A DNA stretch of 64,000 nucleotides from Candidatus Falkowbacteria bacterium RIFOXYA2_FULL_47_19 (GTDB lineage Bacteria > Patescibacteriota > Patescibacteriia > Patescibacteriales > UBA12075): contig MFGB01000006.1 of assembly GCA_001780275.1 (NCBI GenBank), forward strand, positions 1,756 to 65,755, written 5' to 3'. The notes beneath the pieces were generated by a model. The model saw nothing but the letters and a program-made list of their open reading frames with translations, was not told where the DNA came from and did not search any database. Both the position numbers and the translations under genes were made by a program. This document shows positions 37,995 through 46,640 of the stretch, piece by piece (the first letter of the stretch is position 1; each line of letters begins with the position of its first letter).

Positions 37995-38797
37995 TTGATT
38001 CCCGCTAAAAACTCCTCGGCCAGTGAGGCGGTATTATCGGCGCTCTCATAGAATTTTTTCCAGACCACGACGATATCGGCGTCGTTGAAGATCGCGCTCT
38101 CCACCTCCCGGATCGTGTCTCCGCCGGCTACCGCGATCATCATGTCGTAATTCCCCTTAACGCGCCTGATCTCGTGGAGCGGGAGCATTTTCTGTTTATT
38201 GCCCTTCTCTTCATCCACGCCTCGGTGCAGGATCACTATCGGGGGCTGTTTTTTAAGTTTACGTAAAACCGCCAAAGGATAGTCGACATTCATCATGTCG
38301 ATCATAGGATCAAGGCCGCGCGCTTCACAGGCGGCGATAAAGGCGTTAAGCGCTTCGGCCGGCGCCGAACCCATGGCTACGGCCGCGCTGGCCCCGCCCC
38401 GATAAGCGATTTCGACTTCGGCTTCGCCGCGATCGATCATCTTAAGATCCGCCACCACATAAGGCTCGATTATCCCTCTCGCATCGGTTCTGCCGGCTTT
38501 CTTGGTCCGGTTTTGCTTCACGGCTTGGTTTATTATTAAACCCAAAAGTCCGCCGGTCTTCGTGTAGATTTGTGGCATTGCCGGCAATCCGTTTAAGCGG
38601 GCGCTCCACCATTCCCCTATCTTCCTTATGCCCTCTTCGCCGTAACGCTTGATCAAGGGGGTGCCGGCCTCGACTATTATCCGGTCGCTTTGGGGCAGCT
38701 GGTTTATTATCCTATGAGCCTCCTCTAAAGTACTGTTTAAGGCCACTTGTAGGTATTTCTTTTTAGGATCTAATTTTGATTGATGTTTTTGCAACAT
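37991..38797 (-). CDS. 3-hexulose-6-phosphate synthase-like protein (OMP-decarboxylase suprafamily) with a ~50-aa insertion
   Basis: Segments LQVALNS, VEAGTPLIK, VVADLKMID, MIDMM, LHRGVD, AVAGG and DIVVV are colinear with the HxlA-type sequence as I recall it. Confidence 0.6.
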   Translation of the reverse strand: MLQKHQSKLDPKKKYLQVALNSTLEEAHRIINQLPQSDRIIVEAGTPLIKRYGEEGIRKIGEWWSARLNGLPAMPQIYTKTGGLLGLIINQAVKQNRTKKAGRTDARGIIEPYVVADLKMIDRGEAEVEIAYRGGASAAVAMGSAPAEALNAFIAACEARGLDPMIDMMNVDYPLAVLRKLKKQPPIVILHRGVDEEKGNKQKMLPLHEIRRVKGNYDMMIAVAGGDTIREVESAIFNDADIVVVWKKFYESADNTASLAEEFLAGIK

Positions 38798-38814
38798 AAA
38801 TTTATTAATTTACC

Positions 38815-38990
38815 TTACGCAAACTTGCTGTAACTATAAAGATACAAGGATGCGAGATACAAACAAATTACAATTTCCAAAAAAACAAACTTCAAACATA
38901 AAAATTATTGCAAAAAAATTTGATTTTTGTTTTTTGAGTTTTGAAGCTTGTTTGTATTCTTGTATCTTGTGTCCTTGTTTCTTGCTGCTC
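38815..38990. repeat. Imperfect ~170-bp word-palindrome, same word family as 25264-25390
   Basis: aagatacaaggatgcgagatacaaacaaatt ... cttgtttgtattcttgtatcttgtgtccttgtttcttgc. Confidence 0.7.
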
Positions 38991-39026
38991 CATAATCAGG
39001 ATTGCGGCGCTTAGCATGAGTTATTA

Positions 39027-39608
39027 TTAGGCATTACCCCCTATTACTCCCCTTTTAACCAATTCAAAAAAACATCTCGCGCAGGCCTCGACATCGACCA
39101 GGGCGTCGTGCGCGCCGTCGAAATCGCAGCCGAATAATTTCATGTGCAATTCGGACAAGGTCGGCCATTTATAGCCGTATCCGCCGGGAATCTGGCAGAA
39201 ATTTGTCGATTCCTCTTTCGTGCAGATCCTGACCGTATCGAACAGATTATGGCTCATGCTATTGCGCAGAAACTCCGCGCCCATGATCTTTTCGTCGAAA
39301 CTGATGTTGTGCGCCACGATGATCTTCGCCCGTTCCACGTCGGCCGCGAATAATTTCAAAGCTTCCGCAAGGTCGACGCCCTCGGCCATGGCCTTCTCTG
39401 TGGTAATACCGTGCACCCGGGAAGCTTCTTCGGGAATAATAAAGCCTTCCGGCTTCACTATAATATTATTGCCGCCGGCCTTATTTCCCTCTCCGTCGTA
39501 CATAAGCCAGGCTAATTGTACGAGGCGCGGCCAATTATCAAGATCGGCAAGCGGCGCCCGCCAATTCTTCGGCAGGCCGGTCGTCTCCGTATCGAAAAAC
39601 AAGAACAT
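39027..39608 (-). CDS. DnaQ-like 3'-5' exonuclease (DEDDh)
   Basis: Motifs FFDTETTGLP, AHNISFDEKIM and GAHDALVDVEA are present. Confidence 0.8.
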   Translation of the reverse strand: MFLFFDTETTGLPKNWRAPLADLDNWPRLVQLAWLMYDGEGNKAGGNNIIVKPEGFIIPEEASRVHGITTEKAMAEGVDLAEALKLFAADVERAKIIVAHNISFDEKIMGAEFLRNSMSHNLFDTVRICTKEESTNFCQIPGGYGYKWPTLSELHMKLFGCDFDGAHDALVDVEACARCFFELVKRGVIGGNA

Positions 39609-39685
39609 AATTTTAAAGGTTAGTGATTAGGAATCTTTTAAAATTATATTAACACACAATCCGCAAAATGAAAAACGCCAAAAAC

Positions 39686-39713
39686 AAAAACTGTCCCTAA
39701 AAGGACAGTTTTT
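39686..39713. terminator. Bidirectional terminator
   Basis: ctgtcc-ctaaaa-ggacag, flanked by an A run and a T run. Confidence 0.65.
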
Positions 39714-39752
39714 GATAAGAAATATATTAGATGATAAAAAGATTTATCGAAA

Positions 39753-39926
39753 TAATTTATTCTTAAAACCGGCGCGGGCGGCTTTGCCTCTGTTGGCGGT
39801 GGCAGTCCCGGCAATAAAGGGGACGATTTCCATCCGGTTCGAAAGGCAGTTCCGTGATCTCGGCTCCGCATTGGGAGCAGGTCCAGGTGCCCTTGTACAT
39901 CTGGCGGTCGCCAGCCTGGTTGTTGT
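39753..39926 (-). CDS. 57-aa zinc-ribbon protein (CxxC...CxxC), absent from the ORF track
   Basis: Hand translation: MYNNNNQAGDRQMYKGTWTCSQCGAEITELPFEPDGNRPLYCRDCHRQQRQSRPRRF. It resembles the CxxC-x17-CxxC small-protein family, though I count an 18-residue spacer here. Confidence 0.6.
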
Positions 39927-40125
39927 TGTTGTACATTGACTTTGATATTGGTTCGCGTAGATTTTAAGAATAAAAATTAACGCAAACTTTTACTTAATTA
40001 TGCTGTCACTATAGCATGTCGGCCGTAATCTGTCAATAATGAACCGCCAACTCAATATAATTTTTATTAATATTGGCCTATTTGCAAAGTAAAATAAAAG
40101 CCCGCGTACGGACTTTTGTTTAAAA

Positions 40126-41472
40126 TCAATATCTGATCCTGAGGCCTTCCGGCAGGGGTAGACTGGGGTTTTTAACCGCCGGATTCAACGCGATAAGACG
40201 CTTAAGCAATCCATAACGTTCGATTCCTTTTTTTTCAGCAATTTCTCCGGCAATGGTTTTAAGGGTAACCATCTTGCCCACACCCGATGGAATAACGAGT
40301 TTTAAACCAACTTTTATAGAATTGGAGTTTTTGAGATGGTTGATCTTTAAAATATCGGATAAACGTACACCGAATCGGAGGGCGATACGCGAAAGACTAT
40401 CTCCGGATTTAACGATATATGTTCGAGTAGCGCATACTTGCCCGACAGTAAAAATTTCGAATTCCAAAGTCGGCTCCTCGTTCCCGGCAAAACCCTCCTC
40501 AATAAGTTCTATTGTCGCCCAAAAACGAGCCGCAAAACGAAAATTCTCCCTCAGGCCGGCCGCTTCTTTTGAAAATACGATCCGCTTGGTGCTTTCCGTC
40601 CTGTTCGGAATCAAAATGACCATACCCCTTTTCAGGATATCTCCGGCGGAAAGGCGGTTTATTTCGGATAATTCTTTTTTTGTTACCCGGAAAACACGCG
40701 CAATGCCGCCTAGTGTATCGTTCTTTCTGATCCGATACGGGTAAACATCAAGACGCTCAATATCTTTTTTCAGAATATTGGCCCGGCGCTCCAAATAAGC
40801 CAGAAAATCGTCGTAGTCGATAACGGCGAACTCGTCTTTTTCCCTGGCTTCCTCCAGACAAGTCTCTGAAAAGCTACCGTTATATCGCGATAAGGCCAGA
40901 TCGATCGATCCGAACATATCATACAACCTGCGCAAATATCGAGCCGCGGCTTGTCCGGCCAGAAGCGGATCAAGCCGCTCGTCAATATTATAATGTCGGT
41001 CACAACTCAAGTTGTAATCTTTAGCGGTTCTGGGCATGAATTGGTAATAACCGGCCGCTCCGACGGGTGATTTGCGCAGTATCCAATGAGACTCCGGTAT
41101 AGCCAGATATATAAGCTTATCTACCGTTTCCACCGGCAATCCGGAACCCGCGAATTCGTTACGAAAAATTTCGATCAAATATTTCTTCCAAGCGCCGATG
41201 TGGTAGTGGGCCTTACGAAAAATCGCTCCCAGCCTGTTATCAAGCTTATAACGATTCTTGTAAAAACTCTTATAATCGAGCCAGGACTGACGATTGATCT
41301 TTATTTCCCGCGAATAATCAAAAATTTCATATTTCGATTTTTCTTTGAGCTTTTCCGCAAATTCATCCGAAAACTTGATTGATTCCGAATTTTTCGACCC
41401 GTCATCCTTGGCCATGGCCAGATCCGGTAAAAACAAAAGGGAGAAAATCATCAGGATCACTGTTGGTTTCAT
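40126..41472 (-). CDS. Lytic transglycosylase (SLT domain) with two LysM domains
   Basis: Signal peptide present. The SLT catalytic region is LAIPESHW...GAAGYYQFMP.TA. The LysM units are YRIRKNDTLGGIARVF and YIVKSGDSLSRIALRFG. Confidence 0.85.
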   Translation of the reverse strand: MKPTVILMIFSLLFLPDLAMAKDDGSKNSESIKFSDEFAEKLKEKSKYEIFDYSREIKINRQSWLDYKSFYKNRYKLDNRLGAIFRKAHYHIGAWKKYLIEIFRNEFAGSGLPVETVDKLIYLAIPESHWILRKSPVGAAGYYQFMPRTAKDYNLSCDRHYNIDERLDPLLAGQAAARYLRRLYDMFGSIDLALSRYNGSFSETCLEEAREKDEFAVIDYDDFLAYLERRANILKKDIERLDVYPYRIRKNDTLGGIARVFRVTKKELSEINRLSAGDILKRGMVILIPNRTESTKRIVFSKEAAGLRENFRFAARFWATIELIEEGFAGNEEPTLEFEIFTVGQVCATRTYIVKSGDSLSRIALRFGVRLSDILKINHLKNSNSIKVGLKLVIPSGVGKMVTLKTIAGEIAEKKGIERYGLLKRLIALNPAVKNPSLPLPEGLRIRY

Positions 41473-41721
41473 TGGGATTCTCCTTGTTTACTTAAAATTT
41501 TAAGGATCGTATTTTAATTTAATATTGTTTAATAGGTTCTTTTAAAAATATTACGGGCACAAACTTTCATTCACGAACTTTTTAAGATTTGTCATAAAAT
41601 AGATTATTTTATCCACAAAATTTTTCGAAGAACCGTTTAATTTAAATATGTATCCCTCTTTAGAACAAGGATTAAGCATTAACTGACAAAGCGTCAAAAC
41701 CAAAAACAAAACAACCGTCCC

Positions 41722-44367
41722 TTATAACTGCTTTAGCTGGATCAACAATTTAGTAAGATCGTTCTTTCTGGCGTGAAGGTTGCTGTGTTCTTTCTCCACT
41801 ACCGCCGGCGGCGCTTTGGACGTAAATTCTTCGTTAGCCAGCTTCTTTTCGGTTCCAGCGATCAGTTTTTCCAGGTTAGCGATCTCTTTTTCCAGGCGTT
41901 TTTTCTCTTTGTCTTTGTCGATAGCTCCGACAAGATATATATCCATGTTAGAAACGCCTTTTACGGAAATACAGATCGAATCATCCGGCTCATCCCCGTC
42001 CTTGGCGATCGTGAGCTTCCCGATACCGGTCCTAAGCCCCTTTATGATCTCCGACTGCGATTCTATCAGGTCCTTATTGTTGCCGGTATAGATCACGGCG
42101 TCGATCTTCCGCCCCGGTTCGATCTTGTTTTCGGCCCGCGCGTTACGGATAGCAATTACAATATTTTTTATCAATTCGAAATCATCTCCATTATTTCCAG
42201 GATCATATTTTATTTCCGGCCATTTTTCGACCATCAATAATTTTTCTTTACCCATAAGCTCCCATATCTTTTCAGTGACAAAAGGTATGAACGGATGCCA
42301 TAAAATCAATAAATTTTCCAATACATAACGCAACACCTTGACCTTCTCGGTGGATTTATCGAATTTTGCCGCCTCTAAATACCAGTCAGCCAAATAATCA
42401 TATGTAAACGTACGCAGTAATTCCGCCGCTATAGAAAAATTATAGTTGCTCAAAAATTTTGTTGCCGAAGTGGCGTTTTTGTCTACCAATGCGTTAAAAT
42501 GGGCCATAATCCATTTATCCGCCAAGGTCAAATTTTTAAGCTCTATTTCAGTCGTATTTTCATCTGCGGTCTGCAGGATAAATCTCGCCACATTCCACAG
42601 CTTATTCACGAAATTCCTATCCCCCTCTATCTTTTCCTCGAAAATGCGCACGTCATTGCCCGGCGTCGAACCGATCAATAAGGATAACCGGACCGCGTCC
42701 GTGCCGTATTTGGCGATAACGTCCAGTGGGTCGATGCCGTTCCCCTTGGATTTGCTCATCTTCTTGCCGTTCTTATCCAATACCATGCCGTGGAGATAAA
42801 CCGTATCGAAGGGCTTTTCGCCGACTGCGAAAAAGCTCATCATGATCATCCGCGACACCCAGAGCGTCAATATCTCATAGCCGGTTTCAAGCACCTGGGT
42901 CGGATGGAACCGGGCTAAATCGCCGCTTTTTTTGCCGTCTTTAAAAGTATCCGGCCAACCCAGGGTGGAAAATGTCCACATACCGGACGAAAACCAGGTA
43001 TCGAGCGAATCCGGGTCCTGCTCCCAGTCTTCGCCCTCCGGTGGATTTTCCCCGACATAAATATCGTCAACGTTACGCGAATTATACCACACCGGTATCC
43101 GGTGCCCGAACCAGATCTGGCGCGAGATGCACCAGTCATGCAGATTCCCCATCCAATTGACGAACCTTTTTTCGAAACGGTCCGGAATGAATTTTATCTC
43201 TCCCTTTTTCGCCGCCTCGATCGCCTTTTCTTTGAGGGACATATTCCCTAGCCGCGGCAGTTTCTTGTCGACGGACACGAACCACTGTTTCGAGGGCAGG
43301 GGCTCGATCGGGGTGTCGCAGCGGTAGCAGACCGACAACTTATTCTCGTAACCCTCTTCGATATGATCAATAAGGCCCATCTTCTCCATGTCGGCGACGA
43401 TCTCTTCCCGGGCTTCGACGGTGGTTAATCCGGCGTACTTGCCGCAATTGTCCATCATGCGCCCGTCCTCGTTTATGATCTGCTTCCAGGGGATATTGTT
43501 GCGGCGGGCCATCTCGTTATCGGCGAAACTGTGGGCCGGGGTAACCTTGACCGCGCCGGAGCCGAATTCCGGATCAACGTGATGGTCGGCTATGACCTTT
43601 ACTTTGAATTCTCCCAATACGCCCGGTATCATATATTCCTTACCGACCATATCCTTATAACGCTTATCGCCCGGGTGGACGGCAACGGCCGTATCGCCTA
43701 ATTTTGTTTCCGGTCTCGTCGTAGCCAATACGAAAGGCCCGTACTTTATCCAGTACAGCTTGCTTTTTGTCTCTTTATATTCAACTTCATCATCCGCCAG
43801 GGTCGAGTGGCAACGCGGGCACCAGTTGACGATCCGTTCGCCGCGGTAAATAACGCCCTCGTTATACATGTCTACGAACATTTTTCTGACCGCTTTTTCG
43901 CGCTGTTCGTCCAGGGTAAAAGCCGTCCGGCTCCAATCCAGGGATGAACCCATTTTCCGGGTCTGTTTCAGTATTGTCGTCTGCGTTATGCGCAAAAATT
44001 CCCAGACTTTTTCTAAAAATTTTTCTCTACCCAGATCATGCCGGGTTTTACCATCTTCCTTAAATAGCTTCTTCTCGACAACGTTCTGTGTCGCGATCGC
44101 CGCGTGATCCGTGCCGGGAAGCCAAAGCGCCCGGTAGCCCCGCATCCGGTAATAACGGATCAATAGATCTTCTATGGCCAGCATCGAAGCGTGCCCCAAG
44201 TGCAATTTATCCGTGATATTCGGTGGCGGCAAAACGATCGTATAGCCGGGCGCGTCCGCGGGCAGATCCAAATTATCCGGATTAAAAAAACCGGACTCTT
44301 CCCATCTTTTGTAAATCTCATCTTCGTAAAGCCCGGGTTCGTACGCTTTGGGCAATTCTTTGTTCAT
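41722..44367 (-). CDS. valS: Valine--tRNA ligase
   Basis: 881 aa with the HIGH variant LHLGHA, KMSKSKGN, a class Ia editing-domain region and a C-terminal coiled coil. Confidence 0.95.
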   Translation of the reverse strand: MNKELPKAYEPGLYEDEIYKRWEESGFFNPDNLDLPADAPGYTIVLPPPNITDKLHLGHASMLAIEDLLIRYYRMRGYRALWLPGTDHAAIATQNVVEKKLFKEDGKTRHDLGREKFLEKVWEFLRITQTTILKQTRKMGSSLDWSRTAFTLDEQREKAVRKMFVDMYNEGVIYRGERIVNWCPRCHSTLADDEVEYKETKSKLYWIKYGPFVLATTRPETKLGDTAVAVHPGDKRYKDMVGKEYMIPGVLGEFKVKVIADHHVDPEFGSGAVKVTPAHSFADNEMARRNNIPWKQIINEDGRMMDNCGKYAGLTTVEAREEIVADMEKMGLIDHIEEGYENKLSVCYRCDTPIEPLPSKQWFVSVDKKLPRLGNMSLKEKAIEAAKKGEIKFIPDRFEKRFVNWMGNLHDWCISRQIWFGHRIPVWYNSRNVDDIYVGENPPEGEDWEQDPDSLDTWFSSGMWTFSTLGWPDTFKDGKKSGDLARFHPTQVLETGYEILTLWVSRMIMMSFFAVGEKPFDTVYLHGMVLDKNGKKMSKSKGNGIDPLDVIAKYGTDAVRLSLLIGSTPGNDVRIFEEKIEGDRNFVNKLWNVARFILQTADENTTEIELKNLTLADKWIMAHFNALVDKNATSATKFLSNYNFSIAAELLRTFTYDYLADWYLEAAKFDKSTEKVKVLRYVLENLLILWHPFIPFVTEKIWELMGKEKLLMVEKWPEIKYDPGNNGDDFELIKNIVIAIRNARAENKIEPGRKIDAVIYTGNNKDLIESQSEIIKGLRTGIGKLTIAKDGDEPDDSICISVKGVSNMDIYLVGAIDKDKEKKRLEKEIANLEKLIAGTEKKLANEEFTSKAPPAVVEKEHSNLHARKNDLTKLLIQLKQL

Positions 44368-44543
44368 ATATTAAAAATATTACTTATATTACTACTTTTT
44401 ACGTTACCAAATAATGCTCCTTTTGGCAAGCTGCCGGGTTGCGACTTTTCATTAAAATCTTTAAACAATTTTGTTTAATATTAAATAAAATTATTTTAAT
44501 CGCGCACGCTTACCCGTTTCTTGTCGGCTATTTTCAAAAAACC

Positions 44544-44572
44544 TTGACATGCTCGTTTTTATCGTGTATATT
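44544..44572 (+). promoter_or_regulatory. Sigma-70-type promoter: TTGACA, 17-nt spacer, TATATT
   Basis: ttgacatgctcgtttttatcgtgtatatt, read directly. Confidence 0.55.
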
Positions 44573-44626
44573 AAAATCTTAAACATTTTAATCTATACTT
44601 AATGATCGTGACCCGCTTAGGTGCGG

Positions 44627-44665
44627 AAAAACCATGCTTCTCGATGGTTTTTAGTTTTTTATTTT
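44627..44665 (+). terminator. Terminator-like hairpin inside the leader, 16 nt upstream of the DHH-like gene start
   Basis: aaaaaccat-gcttctcg-atggttttt, followed by agttttttatttt. Confidence 0.5.
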
Positions 44666-44680
44666 ATCCAACCCTGACAC

Positions 44681-45823
44681 ATGCTGACGCAAGAGCAACA
44701 AATTTTCGAACAAATTAAAAAGGCCAAAAGCGTCCTGATCACTTTCGGCAAAACCTGGAACGGTGATGCGGTCGCGTCATCCCTGGCCTTTTATCTGCTG
44801 CTTAAAAAACTCGGCAAGAGCGTTGAGATCGCGGCGGAAAACTTCGATCAGGGAAAATCCTATTCTTTTCTTCCCGCTTACGAGGCCATCCGGCACTCCC
44901 TGGATAATCTGAGGAAATTCATCGTTTCCCTGGATATTACGAACGCTAAGGTCGGAGCCATAAAATACAAAGTTGAGGAAAACGTCCTTAACTTCATTAT
45001 TTCCCCCAAAGAGGGTTTTTTTACGCATGACGATATAAAATCCCGTTCGGGTGATTTTAAATATGACCTGGTGATCGTCCTTGATACTCCCGACCTTGAA
45101 TCCCTGGGGGAAATTTACGATAAAGACACGGAATTTTTCTATCAAGTACCGGTAATAAATATTGCCCACAGCTCAAATAACGAAGAATTCGGCCAAATTA
45201 ACTTAATAGAACTTACCGCCATCGCCACAGCCGAGATCCTGTTTAACCTGTTCTCCGGATACTCCCGCGACCTCATCGACGAGGATATCGCCACCTGCCT
45301 CTTGGCCGGCATTATCTCGAAAACCCGCAGCTTCAAAACCCAGAATATCACGCCGCAATCCTTATCGATATCTTCGGAACTTATTTCCTTGGGAGCCAGG
45401 CGCGAAGAGATCGTAAATCAACTTTACCGCTCCCGGTCCCTGGATGTCCTTAAGCTCTGGGGTCGGGTATTGGCCAGGTTGACGGCCGCCATGGATAATT
45501 CCCTTGTTTGGTCGGTTTTGACCGAGATGGATTTCCAGAAAACCAATACCGGAGAAAATGACCTTCCCGAGGTCATAGATGAGCTCATAATCAACATCCC
45601 CCAGGCTAAGATCGTTCTCCTTATTTATGAATACGGGGCTGAAAAAAATACGCAGGCCATGATCTACTCGATAAAAAACATCAATTCCCTCAATCTGGTA
45701 AAAAAATTCTCGCCCGTCGGAACTAAAAATTTCGTCCGAATTAATATCCCGAAACCAGTTTCCGAGGCGGAAAAGGAAATCGTCGATCACATTAAGGAAA
45801 ATTTAAATAAACTATCGATATAA
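44681..45823 (+). CDS. DHH/DHHA1 phosphoesterase-like (NrnA-like) protein with degenerate catalytic motifs
   Basis: The NrnA-like layout is present (NGDAVASSLAFYLLLKKLGK). The DHH position reads AHS (VINIAHSSNNEEFG), and I see no GGGH motif in the C-terminal domain. Confidence 0.6.
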   Translation: MLTQEQQIFEQIKKAKSVLITFGKTWNGDAVASSLAFYLLLKKLGKSVEIAAENFDQGKSYSFLPAYEAIRHSLDNLRKFIVSLDITNAKVGAIKYKVEENVLNFIISPKEGFFTHDDIKSRSGDFKYDLVIVLDTPDLESLGEIYDKDTEFFYQVPVINIAHSSNNEEFGQINLIELTAIATAEILFNLFSGYSRDLIDEDIATCLLAGIISKTRSFKTQNITPQSLSISSELISLGARREEIVNQLYRSRSLDVLKLWGRVLARLTAAMDNSLVWSVLTEMDFQKTNTGENDLPEVIDELIINIPQAKIVLLIYEYGAEKNTQAMIYSIKNINSLNLVKKFSPVGTKNFVRINIPKPVSEAEKEIVDHIKENLNKLSI

Positions 45824-45840
45824 ACGACCCGCACGAATAA

Positions 45841-45871
45841 AAACATCCCGCTTTAAACGGGATGTTTTTTT
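45841..45871 (+). terminator. Hairpin terminator, copy 1 of a duplicated unit
   Basis: aacatcccg-ctttaaa-cgggatgtt followed by a run of T. It lies downstream of the DHH-like gene. Confidence 0.7.
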
Positions 45872-45874
45872 GTG

Positions 45875-46018
45875 TGGGCGACACAAGAGTTTCCGCCCGA
45901 GGCGGATCCGCCTTTGGCGGAGAACTTGTGACCCCCGCAAAGCCGCTGACGCGGCCTGCGGGGTAAACTCTACGATGTCAATCCCGCCATACGGCGAAAT
46001 AGAACTCTGCGCTCTAAC
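45875..46018 (-). pseudogene. tRNA-Val-derived partial copy (D-loop to 3' end) carrying three GC-hairpin insertions
   Basis: Segments GTTAGAGCGC, TTGACATCGTAGAG, GTCACAAGTTC and AACTCTTGTGTCGCCCA are identical to the intact tRNA-Val. They are interrupted by 27-, 35- and 30-nt blocks. The 5' acceptor and D-stem strands are missing. Confidence 0.65.
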
Positions 46019-46021
46019 AGA

Positions 46022-46052
46022 AAACATCCCGCTTTAAACGGGATGTTTTTTT
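46022..46052. terminator. Hairpin terminator, copy 2 (identical to 45841-45871)
   Basis: It is part of the 50-bp perfect direct repeat 45841-45890 = 46022-46071. Confidence 0.6.
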
Positions 46053-46055
46053 GTG

Positions 46056-46129
<74 letters not shown>

Positions 46130-46172
46130 GGATAAATAAATAATAAACAATAATAGTATAAATGTAAATATG

Positions 46173-46222
46173 TGCGCCCAGATGGACTTGAAGGGGCGGA
46201 AGCCCCACACCATCATAGGACC
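46173..46222 (-). pseudogene. tRNA-Ile-derived 3' fragment with 4-nt and 17-nt insertions
   Basis: GGTC[CTAT]GATGG[TGTGGGGCTTCCGCCCC]TTCAAGTCCATCTGGGCGCA compared with intact GGTCGATGGTTCAAGTCCATCTGGGCGCA. The 22-bp perfect direct repeat is 46171-46192 = 46349-46370. Confidence 0.6.
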
Positions 46223-46350
46223 GGTTTTTCGCGTAAAATTTGCCGATACCGATATTTAAGGTCCATTCTTCTTTGAATCTTCTTCAAAATGGTTCAAATC
46301 TCTGAACACGCAAAATTATACCGGCCCTGCGGCGGGCCGTTATAATTTTG

Positions 46351-46424
46351 TGCGCCCAGATGGACTTGAACCATCGACCCCAGGCTTATAAGGCCTGTGC
46401 TCTAACCAACTGAGCTATGGGCGC
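46351..46424 (-). tRNA. tRNA-Ile with anticodon UAU
   Basis: Hand-folded 74-nt cloverleaf: GCGCCCA TA GCTC AGTTGGTTA GAGC A CAGGC CTTATAA GCCTG GGGTC GATGG TTCAAGT CCATC TGGGCGC A. Positions 34-36 read TAT. Confidence 0.85.
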
Positions 46425-46640
46425 GATAAATATCTTAAAACAAAAAAACCGCTTTACTCTTGAATTAATATAGCACTATTATTAACTTTTTTCAAGGGAC
46501 GGTAATATGTTGCTTTTAAATCGATAATGTATTATAATAATTAATAAGACTAACAATCATTTATAGGTTGGGTGTTTTTATAAAGATTATATTTCCAATC
46601 AGGGAATATCAAAAAAACGCCAGAAGACCAAAAAAATATC

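Noticed and set aside
39644-39871. 75-aa minus-strand ORF from the track
   Set aside because: It runs through the bidirectional terminator hairpin at 39686-39713 and has no motif. The 57-aa zinc-ribbon ORF in another frame of the same strand explains the region better.
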